DNA of 64,000 nucleotides. Source: an uncultured Chloroflexia bacterium (GTDB lineage Bacteria; Chloroflexota; Anaerolineae; JAAYZQ01). The position numbers were made by a program, and so were the translations under genes. Positions 9,873 to 18,833 of the stretch are shown piece by piece. Every line of letters starts with the position of its first letter. The stretch's first letter is position 1. The notes under the pieces are model-generated. The model saw nothing but the letters and a program-made list of their open reading frames with translations, was not told the DNA's origin and ran no database searches. The stretch spans positions 544,001 to 608,000 of the forward strand of contig CAVOXA010000014.1 of NCBI GenBank assembly GCA_963700285.1, given 5' to 3'.

Positions 9873-10526
9873 CTATAAGCCTACAATCAGCGCTACCAGT
9901 GCGTTTCGTGCTGGCCCCAGAATACTGCCTATCGGACTAAAGGAACTGAACCAGCCCAGCGACAGCAGAGCCAGCAACAAGAACGGGCCGTAGGGAGCGA
10001 TCTGATCCAGGGTATTCCCCAGCTCCACTGCCCACCTGCTACGGACGGTGCCAATGACACCCTGTATCACGTGGAATCCGTCGAGGGGCGGCAGGGGAAT
10101 CAGATTGAACAGGGCCAGACCCACGTTCGTATAGACCATCGTCCACAAAAAAGCCACCAGCAAGCTGGGCAAAGACACGCCCAGGCGCAATGGGATGGCA
10201 AACAGCGTCGCCAAAACCAGGTTGGAAAAGGGACCAGCAGCCGAAGTCAGCCCCATCCCCACACGGGGGTTGCTCCGCAGGTTGTAGGGGTTGACTGGTA
10301 CCGGCTTTCCCCATCCAATACCAAAACCACTGAAGGCCATGAATACGATCATCAATGCGCCAACCGGATCAAAGTGCACCAGCGGGTTCAACGTCATGCG
10401 GCCCAACCTGCGAGCAGTTGGATCACCAAGCTCGTAGGCCGACCAGGCATGAGAAAACTCGTGGAAGCTGATCGACAAAACCAGAGCCAGCAGAAAAAAA
10501 ATCGTGCTTTGGAACTGCCCAAGCAT
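9873..10526 (-). CDS. site-2 protease family (M50) intramembrane metalloprotease
   Basis: FHEFSH (HExxH), AAGPFSN, FNLIPLPPLDG. Confidence 0.95.
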   Translation of the reverse strand: MLGQFQSTIFFLLALVLSISFHEFSHAWSAYELGDPTARRLGRMTLNPLVHFDPVGALMIVFMAFSGFGIGWGKPVPVNPYNLRSNPRVGMGLTSAAGPFSNLVLATLFAIPLRLGVSLPSLLVAFLWTMVYTNVGLALFNLIPLPPLDGFHVIQGVIGTVRSRWAVELGNTLDQIAPYGPFLLLALLSLGWFSSFSPIGSILGPARNALVALIVGL

Positions 10527-10806
10527 CAGAATCTCCTCAGGGAATGGATCAGTGCGCGTTTGCCCTCACAGTTGCACCACTGCTGCACAGAGCCGCCTAC
10601 TTCCCGATGGATAGCGGTCGATTATCGCACAGGTGGCAACATACGCAATACAAAGAGAGTGTTGCCCTGCCCCCTGTCTCATACCGGCGCATTATACCGT
10701 AAAAGGCAGGCAGCGACAAGTGTGCCATACGATGCGGGGTTGGGGAGTCACCCGGTTTGAGGATCTAGTGCCGCAGAAGATAGATCTCGTTCAAAGTGAC
10801 AGGCAG

Positions 10807-11250
10807 CTATTTGTCCCAATTCTTCTCCAGCGCCTCAGGGTCATAGTCTCCCCATTTTACGTCAACTGACAGGGCCAGCCGCAGTGTATCAGCAAGGTTC
10901 GATTTGGAGACCGCCTCGTCGATGACAGCTTGCCTGCTCGATGCCGCATCTCCGGACGGCGAGCCGAGACTGGGTGTCACTGCCAGGATCCTCACCTCAA
11001 CGACATCTGCCTTCCGGTATGGGATACGGTTGCCAGCCTGTTGGCCCGCTATCGCTTGGGCCAGCGGGGTGCCCGCACCGAGAAAGCCTGAGGCGAAATC
11101 GGCGTCGTTGTCAGGTACAACATCAACTGCCAAAGGTTCGCTTTCGCCTGACTCGGTAAGGAGTTCCATTTCCACACGAGTCCCAACCGCGACTCGAGTC
11201 TTGGCAACCTCTGGCTGCCCGTTCTTCTCATCGTACAAATGCTCTGTCAT
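10807..11250 (-). CDS. GreA/GreB C-terminal-domain-like protein
   Basis: VAVGTRVEMEL...ADFASGFLGAGTPLAQAIAGQQAG resembles the Gre C-terminal domain. ATG at 11250 is preceded by GGAGG. Confidence 0.65.
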   Translation of the reverse strand: MTEHLYDEKNGQPEVAKTRVAVGTRVEMELLTESGESEPLAVDVVPDNDADFASGFLGAGTPLAQAIAGQQAGNRIPYRKADVVEVRILAVTPSLGSPSGDAASSRQAVIDEAVSKSNLADTLRLALSVDVKWGDYDPEALEKNWDK

Positions 11251-11510
11251 TGACGTCCTCCGAGAACGCCAGGCGGCCCCTCTTGTTGAAGGGTCATGTC
11301 GCTGCAGAGTGAGACAAAGACAGGAATCCAAATCCTCTGGACACGGTTCAAGTTCTGCAGTCCGAAGGGCTTGCATGATACCATGGGAGTGGTCCCGGTG
11401 CAAGCACGCCACCGGCAGCAAGCGAAAGAACCGACCCAGTACTAGACAGTGGCTCGATTGAGTTGGGGTACTCTAGCAGTCGTACTGGCCTCTGGCAGGC
11501 TGTCCAGCGG

Positions 11511-13919
11511 CTAGCGGTTGTAGGTTTCCTCATAAACAGCGAACCACTGGGGCAGGTCCGCCCAGCGCTCTTCCCGCTGCTGCTCGCGTTGCGCTTCTTC
11601 GTATGCCGACAGTCGCCGAAAGATCTCGGCCTGTACCCGCTGCGGATCGGGCACCCAATCGAAGTCCAGCCTGCCCTCGGCGCCGGCCGTATAGATGACT
11701 ACCGTGCCATAGTTCAGAAGCGTGGCAATCGGGTTGGGGATCTCGAAGCTGACGTTCTGGATCCGGTCAAATTTGGTCTCTTTGGTCCGCCGCCTAAAGC
11801 CAGCCGGCAATGCCTCGATGTCGATAAGCAAGTCATTGGTGACAATGTACTGGTCATTGCCCCAGTCTACCCAGTTCCACCAGAACCAAAAGCTGGATCC
11901 CGCCAGGAGGAAGAACAGCAAAAGACCAACCAGCGGCGATGTGCCCTCCAGTACCCAGAAATAAGCCACAGCCGCCACCAGTGAGGCAGCCACAGCCAGG
12001 GAGGGAAGCCAGATGCGCCCCAGCAGCCGGATCCAGTGTTTCCGCCAGATGATGCGATCGTCCAGGGCCCTCTCCATCCAGAAGAACCGTCCCAACGTAG
12101 CGTCGTCAATACGCTGCCACATACTTGGACCGGATGGGGGCGGGTCCGGATCCAGGGCGAGCGACGGGACGGCCGGACGGGGGACCGTTGGTCGAATCCC
12201 CATCCGGATGCTCTTTTCCAGCTTGTCGCGGATCTTTCGCTGTATCTGAACCGTCTTGCCGGCCAGCGCCCGGTCCTTCTGCACAAAGATCTCATCGCGC
12301 ACCGATTCTGGATTCAGTAGATAGTTGAAAGTCACACGTGAAGCGCCGATAGCCGCCGCCGTATCAATCACCAGGGTACCAAAGCCAAGGATATTTCCGA
12401 CGAGATGGCGGTCTATGTTCATATTCTGGATCTTGTCCAACGGTGTCTCATCCCGCGTCTCTCGTATCAGCAAGGTCTTTTCGAGGTGAGCTACCCGCGC
12501 TGTAGTGACATAGTAGTAGTCATTCAGCCAATCAAGGAGAATCCATACGGACCACAAAAAGACCAGGCCAAGCAAGGCATAGCCGATGGGCCGTAGGCCG
12601 CCATCGCTCGTCCACAAGAACAGGGCGACGACAAAGAAAAAGAAGGGCAATACCAGCCTGCTGGTCAAACGGAACCAGTGACGCCGACGGCGCAGCACTA
12701 CTTGCTCATCTGGGTCCAACCACGAGGGACGATCCAGCGTCCACCTGGCCCTGACCTCCTCCCTGGGCACCATCTTGTCGACGAGATCTGGACGCTGCTG
12801 CAGATACTGCTCCAAGTCACTGCGAGTCAGGTAGAACCAGTTGGCCTGGGTCGTGGCTTCGATGGTCACGTCACGGGCATCTCCCAGAAAGAGTGAAGAC
12901 TCACCTACTGCGTTGCCCGCCTTGAGATAGGCCACGGGACGCTCCCTACCGTCCTCGTCACGGGCGCGCACAATGGCTTCACCTTCATACAGCATGTACA
13001 GGGTTGGGTCGACCTCACCCTGCCGGTAGAGGACATCCCCCGGCCGGTAGTGAGCCAGGCCCACGTAGCCTGCCAGGTGCTTCAGCTCCTCGTCGGTCAA
13101 GTCGGAGCAAATTCGGGTCCGGCGCAGGTGATCGAGAACATCATGTCGCTCAAGATGTTGCTCAAAACTCGGCTGGAGTTCTCGCAACCAGTCAAAAGCA
13201 TCGGCATTCAGGCGAAAAAGGTGAACTTCTGAGGCTGCTTCAGCCGTTGCCCGGCGGATGGTGTTCCTCATCAGCGCATATCGCCCGAAGAAACTTCCAG
13301 CCGACAGGTACTTGGGCCAAGTTTGCCGGCCAGGGACGTTCCCCGAAGTGCGCTCAACCACCTGGCCTGTATCTATGATATAGAAGGCATCAGCCGGCTC
13401 GCCCTGCCGAAAGATGATCTGGCCGGCAGGGAACACCAAATGCCGTACCAGGTCAGCCACGTGAAAAAGCTGCTCCACTGTAAATCCGCCAAAGAGGGGA
13501 ATGGCTAGTAGACGATTTACCACGCGGACTCGCCGCAGACGCTCCTCAAGCCTGGGATACATGGCAAGAAGCGTCTTGAAATCGTCGGCCCCGATCACCA
13601 GCGCTTGAACGTACTGGGTCGTCTTGGCAGTGGTTTGGCAGAGCGTGTCATCCATCAGCTGCCGGTGACCCACATAGTCCCCGGCCTGCGTTCTCCGGCG
13701 CTGGATGTCCGCGCCGGCAGCACCCTTGCCGACCTCCTGGACCCCACCTGCCTCAAGCAGGTAAAAAAGATCCGGTACTTCACCCTGCCGAAACAAAATT
13801 GTACCAGAGGGAAACGTATCTTCTCTGACAAAAAGACTGACCCGCCCGAGTTCGTCCTCAGAAAAGTCGTCAAAGATCCAGAACTGGCTCAGGCGCTCAG
13901 CGAAAGTTTTTTCAGCCAT
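11511..13919 (-). CDS. membrane protein with three cyclic-nucleotide-binding domains and two TM-pair/bacterial PH (bPH_2) modules
   Basis: Three 'F/YRQGE...F/LY...G' CNB repeats, then two 'RR/KHW-TM-TM-DW.ND.Y.VT...IQN...G.LVI.TA' modules. Confidence 0.85.
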   Translation of the reverse strand: MAEKTFAERLSQFWIFDDFSEDELGRVSLFVREDTFPSGTILFRQGEVPDLFYLLEAGGVQEVGKGAAGADIQRRRTQAGDYVGHRQLMDDTLCQTTAKTTQYVQALVIGADDFKTLLAMYPRLEERLRRVRVVNRLLAIPLFGGFTVEQLFHVADLVRHLVFPAGQIIFRQGEPADAFYIIDTGQVVERTSGNVPGRQTWPKYLSAGSFFGRYALMRNTIRRATAEAASEVHLFRLNADAFDWLRELQPSFEQHLERHDVLDHLRRTRICSDLTDEELKHLAGYVGLAHYRPGDVLYRQGEVDPTLYMLYEGEAIVRARDEDGRERPVAYLKAGNAVGESSLFLGDARDVTIEATTQANWFYLTRSDLEQYLQQRPDLVDKMVPREEVRARWTLDRPSWLDPDEQVVLRRRRHWFRLTSRLVLPFFFFVVALFLWTSDGGLRPIGYALLGLVFLWSVWILLDWLNDYYYVTTARVAHLEKTLLIRETRDETPLDKIQNMNIDRHLVGNILGFGTLVIDTAAAIGASRVTFNYLLNPESVRDEIFVQKDRALAGKTVQIQRKIRDKLEKSIRMGIRPTVPRPAVPSLALDPDPPPSGPSMWQRIDDATLGRFFWMERALDDRIIWRKHWIRLLGRIWLPSLAVAASLVAAVAYFWVLEGTSPLVGLLLFFLLAGSSFWFWWNWVDWGNDQYIVTNDLLIDIEALPAGFRRRTKETKFDRIQNVSFEIPNPIATLLNYGTVVIYTAGAEGRLDFDWVPDPQRVQAEIFRRLSAYEEAQREQQREERWADLPQWFAVYEETYNR

Positions 13920-14261
13920 GTCTCCGCCCGTCTACACCTTGGACACAGTCCATTCCTAATCTGTATGTTACCATTTGAATCGCGCTTTGTCAAGCTGTAT
14001 AAGTCAACAACCAGCGATTCTCGATATTACCAGACGTTGCCGGTTTCCAGTCCAGAGAACCGTCAGGCGAAAGTAGATCCTGCACCAGATTCCGCCGAGT
14101 ACTCGGTTTTCGGAACCTGCCAGGCGTGCAGATGGTCCCGCGCTCAGCGTTGCTGAAAGTGACAAGCCCCTCCAATTGTGGTATACTGGCCCACTCGGAG
14201 GAAGCGGACCTTAGCAGCACCTGGTATGCGAGAGGAACCTGGAGATCATTGCAGGCACAGT

Positions 14262-15194
14262 ATGAGTGAAGCCAAGATCAGATGCAGCGTAGGCATCACA
14301 GCCTACAACGAAGAAGCGAATATCGGCCGGCTGTTGCAGGCGATGCTCGACCAGCGGCTGTACGAGGTCGAGATCACCGAGATCATTGTCGTCGCCTCGG
14401 GCTGTACCGACCGCACCGAAGAGATCGTTCGGGAGTACATGGCTCAAGACCCCCGCATCCAGCTCTATGTCCAGGAACAGCGCGAGGGCAAGACGTCGGC
14501 CATCAATGTCTTTCTGGCCCATGCCCGGGAAAAGATCTGCGTGCTGGAGAGCGGCGACACGCTGCCCCGCGAGGACACCATCGAGAAGATGGTGCGCATG
14601 TTCCGGGATCCTGGCGTGGGCATGACCGGCGCCCAGAAGGTGGCCGTCAATACGCCCGATCACGTCGTAGGCGTGCTGTCTCACCTGCGGCTCAAAATGG
14701 AGCACCAGCTCTGCCTCGAGATCCCGCGCCTGGGCGAACTGATTGCCTTCCGCAAGGTATTCGACCAGATCCCGCCCGACGTGGCGATGGACGAAGCTTT
14801 TGTCGAGGCTTTTATCATCCGCCGCGGTATGCAGGTCCGCTACGCTCCCGACGCTGTGGTCTACAACATGGGTCCAGAAACGGTCGGTGACTTCGTCAAG
14901 CAGCGGCGCCGCAACTATGCCGGGCATCTCTATCTGAAGGACAAGTACGGCTACAAGGTCTCCAGCCTGCAGAACACGCGCGTGCTGCGCCTCGCCCTGG
15001 AAGAGGTATGGGGGGCGATCCGGCTGGTGGGCACACTCGGGCTCTTGGGCTCGCTGGAGATCTACTCCCGGATCCTGGGCACCTGGGACTATCGCGTCCG
15101 GAAGAAGAAGCACGTCGTCTGGGATATGGCCTGGACCACCAAGGATCCCGGCCAGGGCGTAGAACAACAGGAAACCACTCTTGAGCCAAGATAA
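14262..15194 (+). CDS. GT2 family glycosyltransferase
   Basis: SVGITAYNEEANIG, SGCTDRT, GKTSAIN, MDE, KQRRR (QxxRW-like). ATG at 14262. Confidence 0.85.
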   Translation: MSEAKIRCSVGITAYNEEANIGRLLQAMLDQRLYEVEITEIIVVASGCTDRTEEIVREYMAQDPRIQLYVQEQREGKTSAINVFLAHAREKICVLESGDTLPREDTIEKMVRMFRDPGVGMTGAQKVAVNTPDHVVGVLSHLRLKMEHQLCLEIPRLGELIAFRKVFDQIPPDVAMDEAFVEAFIIRRGMQVRYAPDAVVYNMGPETVGDFVKQRRRNYAGHLYLKDKYGYKVSSLQNTRVLRLALEEVWGAIRLVGTLGLLGSLEIYSRILGTWDYRVRKKKHVVWDMAWTTKDPGQGVEQQETTLEPR

Positions 15195-16198
15195 CCCCTG
15201 GAAGGACCGGCTGCTCACGGTACTCAAAGTGGCGATCAGCCTGGGACTGATCGCCTATATCTTTTACCAGCCCACGATCCGTGATGCTGACTGGGGCGCC
15301 ATTCTGGCTGATTTCCGACCATGGCCCTGGCTGGTAGCACTGGCCATCTATTTCGTGGCCATCGGCTTTAAGGTGCTCAAATGGCGGTATTTGCTCCGAA
15401 CCCTCGACGTGGACGTTCCCTACCTGAGCCTGTACCGGCACAATCTGGTTGGCCTCTTTTTTGCCAACTTACCCTGGAGTATGATCGGCGGTGACATTGC
15501 CCGGGGCTGGGACCTGGCCCGCCAGACCGAGGGCAAGGGCAGCCAGGTCGCCGTGTCGGTGTTCGTCGATCGCCTGGTCGGCATGGCGGCCTATCTCATC
15601 GCGGCGGTGCTGGGTTTGGCCTATGCCGTGGTTGTCATGGGCCGCTCAGACCTCACCTGGCTGCTCACTGCCCTGGCCCTGCTTCTCATGGTTGCGGCCA
15701 TGGGTTTTGCCGTGCTGATGAGCCAGCGCCTGCGCCTCCTGGTAGAACGCATCTTTGGCCTGGGCCCGTTGCGCCGGTTCTTGTCCCTCTACCAGAAGCT
15801 GTCCGACTCGGTGCAGGTCTACCGAAACCACAAGCGCGCGCTGGCTGTGGCACTGGGCATTGGGCTGGCCATCGTGGCTACCACCTGTGTTGTGAACTAT
15901 GTGGCCGCGAGGTCTGCTGGGGTCGATATCGCTCTGCAATGGGTGTTCGTACTCACCCCCCTCACTGCCATAGCACCACTTCCTACCTTCTATCGCCTCG
16001 GGCCTCGGCTGGAACCAGGGGGTGTTCATCGTCCTGTATTACGAGTTGGCGGGCGCGGTACCAGACCCGGCATCCGCTCTGGCCATGTCGCTGGCCATGC
16101 AGGGCATCATCATTGTAGCCAGCCTGCCTGGCGCCGTCCTTTGGTGGCAGAAACGCCAACCCCCTACTACGGAGCAGGTCACCGCCAGCGGCGGCTGA
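15181..16198 (+). CDS. UPF0104/LPG-synthase-TM flippase-like membrane protein, with one +1 frameshift near 15979
   Basis: KWRYLL, GLFFANLPWSMIGGDIAR, SVFVDRLVG. Removing one base near 15979 gives LPSIASGLGWNQGVF...SLPGAVLWW, ending at TGA 16196-16198. Confidence 0.8.
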
Positions 16199-16368
16199 GT
16201 AGCCGGTCTGCCAAGCCGAGGGTCGCTGGTGCTGGAGGGCATTTCGGCCCTGCCTATCGGCGGTACCAAACAAGACCTCCTAACGTACCCACTCGACAGC
16301 TGAAGAGTGACCTACCTCATCATTGCCGGGCTTGTGTACAGCGTGGGTAATCCGCGAGCAACGACAGT

Positions 16369-16420
16369 TTGACAAATCTCCCAATCTCAGTATAATCATT
16401 TCGACGCATATCAAAATGAT
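16369..16420 (+). promoter_or_regulatory. sigma70-type promoter plus overlapping inverted-repeat operator
   Basis: TTGACA(16369)-N16-TATAAT(16391). ATCATTTCGA-N6-TCAAAATGAT (9/10 inverted repeat) at 16395-16420, just upstream of the ArsR gene. Confidence 0.75.
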
Positions 16421-16432
16421 TCGAGGCGAGAC

Positions 16433-17002
16433 ATGGAACCCGAAGAAATGAACAGGACAGAATTCCTGCTAGAGTTCTTCAAAGTTATGGCTGACGAGAA
16501 GCGGCTGCAGATCATTGGCCTGCTGGCCCAACAGGACTATTCGGTCGAGGAACTGGCCGCCATCCTCGACCTGAGTTCGGCCACCGTCTCGCACCACCTT
16601 CAACGCCTGGTCAAGGCGGAGCTGGTACAGGCAAGGGCTGATCAGCACTACCACGTCTACTCCCTCAAGCTTCAGACCTTGCGGGATATGTCGCAGCAGA
16701 TCCTGTCCCAGGACACGCTTCAGGAGACAACTGAAGATCTGGACCTGGATGCCTATGACCGCAAGGTCCTGCGGGACTTTATGCAGGAGGGCCGGCTCAA
16801 GCGAATCCCTCGCCAGTGGAAAAAGCGGGAGGTGATCCTGCGCTACCTGGCGGAACGGTTTGAGCCCGATCGCAGGTACTCTGAGCGGGAAGTAAACGAC
16901 ATCATCAGTCAAACCCACGAGGACTATGCAACCTTCCGGCGCGGGCTGATTGACGGCAGGTACATGGCCCGCGAGCGCGAGATCTACTGGCGCATCGTGT
17001 AG
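16433..17002 (+). CDS. ArsR/SmtB-family regulator with C-terminal DUF2087 domain
   Basis: FFKVMADEKRLQIIGLL...SATVSHHLQRL; GRLKRIPRQWKKR...YSEREVN...DYATFRR. Confidence 0.9.
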   Translation: MEPEEMNRTEFLLEFFKVMADEKRLQIIGLLAQQDYSVEELAAILDLSSATVSHHLQRLVKAELVQARADQHYHVYSLKLQTLRDMSQQILSQDTLQETTEDLDLDAYDRKVLRDFMQEGRLKRIPRQWKKREVILRYLAERFEPDRRYSEREVNDIISQTHEDYATFRRGLIDGRYMAREREIYWRIV

Positions 17003-17097
17003 CAACAAGTGGGCCGGGACGTCAAGCCGCTGGACCCGTTCAACCGGGCTTTGCGGCCCGGCCAGCGTTCACGGCCTGACCGTCCGGCCACGGCCTG

Positions 17098-17466
17098 TCA
17101 GCTAGTGCCCTGCCGGGTAGCAAGCACCAGCAGGTCTGAAGACCACCTGCCAAATAGCTCCAGGTCATGGCTCCCGAAAAATGCCAGGTCACCGGCGGGG
17201 ACGTTGTATGCGTTCCCCTGCGCCAATCCAAGGCTGCGCACCAGGTAGTCAGCCGCAGCAGCCAGGCGCTCGGCGCCCACGGCCAGCATGGCGGGCGACC
17301 GATCCACGCCCAATACCTTGAGGCCCTGCCGTGCTAGCCCCAAGCTCACTTCGGGCTTTACGACGCGCTCCATTCCACCCAGCAGATCTACTGCCCGGCG
17401 GACTAGGTATTGTACCTGTTCGACAACGTATCCAGCACACCGAACCAGCGCCACACGCTTGTCCAC
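17098..17466 (-). pseudogene. chimeric gene remnant: DUF362-like N-terminus joined to a SAM-methyltransferase fragment
   Basis: GGAGG then GTG at 17466. VALVRCAGY...VRRAVDLLGGMERVVKP is followed abruptly by LARQGLKVLGVDRSPAMLAVG...QGNAY. Confidence 0.55.
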
Positions 17467-17480
17467 GGTGTATCCTCCCA

Positions 17481-17517
17481 TAACAAACCCCGCCGCACAC
17501 CACACGTTCGGCGGGGT
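17481..17517 (-). terminator. probable intrinsic terminator downstream of alaX
   Basis: 9-bp stem ACCCCGCCG/CGGCGGGGT followed by TTGTTA on the minus strand. Confidence 0.5.
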
Positions 17518-17558
17518 CAGCACAAGCAACACTTTGGGTCAACCCTTGGTGACTCGGG

Positions 17559-18833
17559 CTAGGACAGGGTAGCCCTCACAGTACCGGCAGCCGCAGCCAG
17601 GGCTTGGTCCACCAGCTCTCCCTGGGAGCCGCCGCCCTGGGCGAAATTGGGCCGGCCGCCGCCCTGGCCACCGATCGCTTCGCATGCCTGCCGCACAAGG
17701 GCACCCATGTTCGCGTCCAGGTCTTTGGAGCAAGCAAAGGTGAAATAGCTCTTTTCGCCCTGCTGGCCCCGACTCGCCAACAGGGCAACCGTCCCTGGCT
17801 GAGCGACCAGCCTCTGGGCCAGATGCTTGAGATCGTCCAGGCTGCGGCCATCATAGAGTCCCTGGACGATACGGACGTCTCCCGCAAGTTCTCCCGGGCC
17901 GGGTTGTTCCAACTGTAGAGGCTTTGCCTGATGCCAAAGCGCCGTCGATTCAGCATCCAAGCGCGCATCACGGGAGTGACGCAGAGCCCGACGGGTCTCC
18001 TTGAGTTCATCGCTCAAGCGGTGGATGGCATCAAGCAGCTCCCAATGCCCGACGGTGAACTCTTGGGCCAGCTCCATCACGGTGGCATTCTTGGCCTGAT
18101 AGTCGGCCAACGCCCGCCCTCCGCACAGGAACTCGACGCGGGTTTCGGTACCGCGCCGCTCGCTGCGCGTGATCTTGATGAGACCAACCTCACCCGTACG
18201 GCGGACGTGGGTTCCGCCGCAGGCAGAACAATCAAAGAGGGCAGTCGATGCCGAGTACGGATCGCCGCCGTCGATTTCGACGACGCGCACCGGGCCACCA
18301 TGGACCAGGGGTTTTCGCAAGGGCAGTGAGGCTATCTCTTCATCGGGCACGAACCGGGCCATTGCGCGCCGGTTCTCGAAGACGATGGCGTTGGCCAAAA
18401 GCTCAACGAGAGCCAGTTCATCGCTGGAAAGGGGGGCACGATCGAGGTCCAAGGTGGCATATTCGTTCGACAAGTGAAAACCGACCGTGTTGGCCCCCAA
18501 CTCCTGGACAAAGGCCGCGGATAGAATGTGCTGGCCCGTGTGCTGCTGCATCAAGTCAAAGCGACGGCCCCAGTCAATGGCTCCTTCAAGCGGGCCAGTC
18601 CCCAGTGATTGGGAGATGACGTGGACCACGGCACCATCGGACTCTCGCTCAAGCACGTAAACGACCTGGACCTCGCCTAGCATACCAGTATCATGTGGTT
18701 GGCCGCCGCCCGTAGGATAAAAAGCCGACCGGTCCAGTACAACTGCCGGATCTCCATTCCACTGGAGCTGCTCTATCACGTAGGCAGAGAAGCCAGTCTG
18801 ATATGGATCGTCATAATAGAGACGCTCTGTCAT
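17559..18833 (-). CDS. alaX: alanyl-tRNA editing protein AlaX-L with DHHA1 domain
   Basis: TERLYYDDPY, FYPTGGGQPHDTG, MQQHTGQHILS, CGGTHV, GGGRPNFAQGGG. Confidence 0.9.
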   Translation of the reverse strand: MTERLYYDDPYQTGFSAYVIEQLQWNGDPAVVLDRSAFYPTGGGQPHDTGMLGEVQVVYVLERESDGAVVHVISQSLGTGPLEGAIDWGRRFDLMQQHTGQHILSAAFVQELGANTVGFHLSNEYATLDLDRAPLSSDELALVELLANAIVFENRRAMARFVPDEEIASLPLRKPLVHGGPVRVVEIDGGDPYSASTALFDCSACGGTHVRRTGEVGLIKITRSERRGTETRVEFLCGGRALADYQAKNATVMELAQEFTVGHWELLDAIHRLSDELKETRRALRHSRDARLDAESTALWHQAKPLQLEQPGPGELAGDVRIVQGLYDGRSLDDLKHLAQRLVAQPGTVALLASRGQQGEKSYFTFACSKDLDANMGALVRQACEAIGGQGGGRPNFAQGGGSQGELVDQALAAAAGTVRATLS

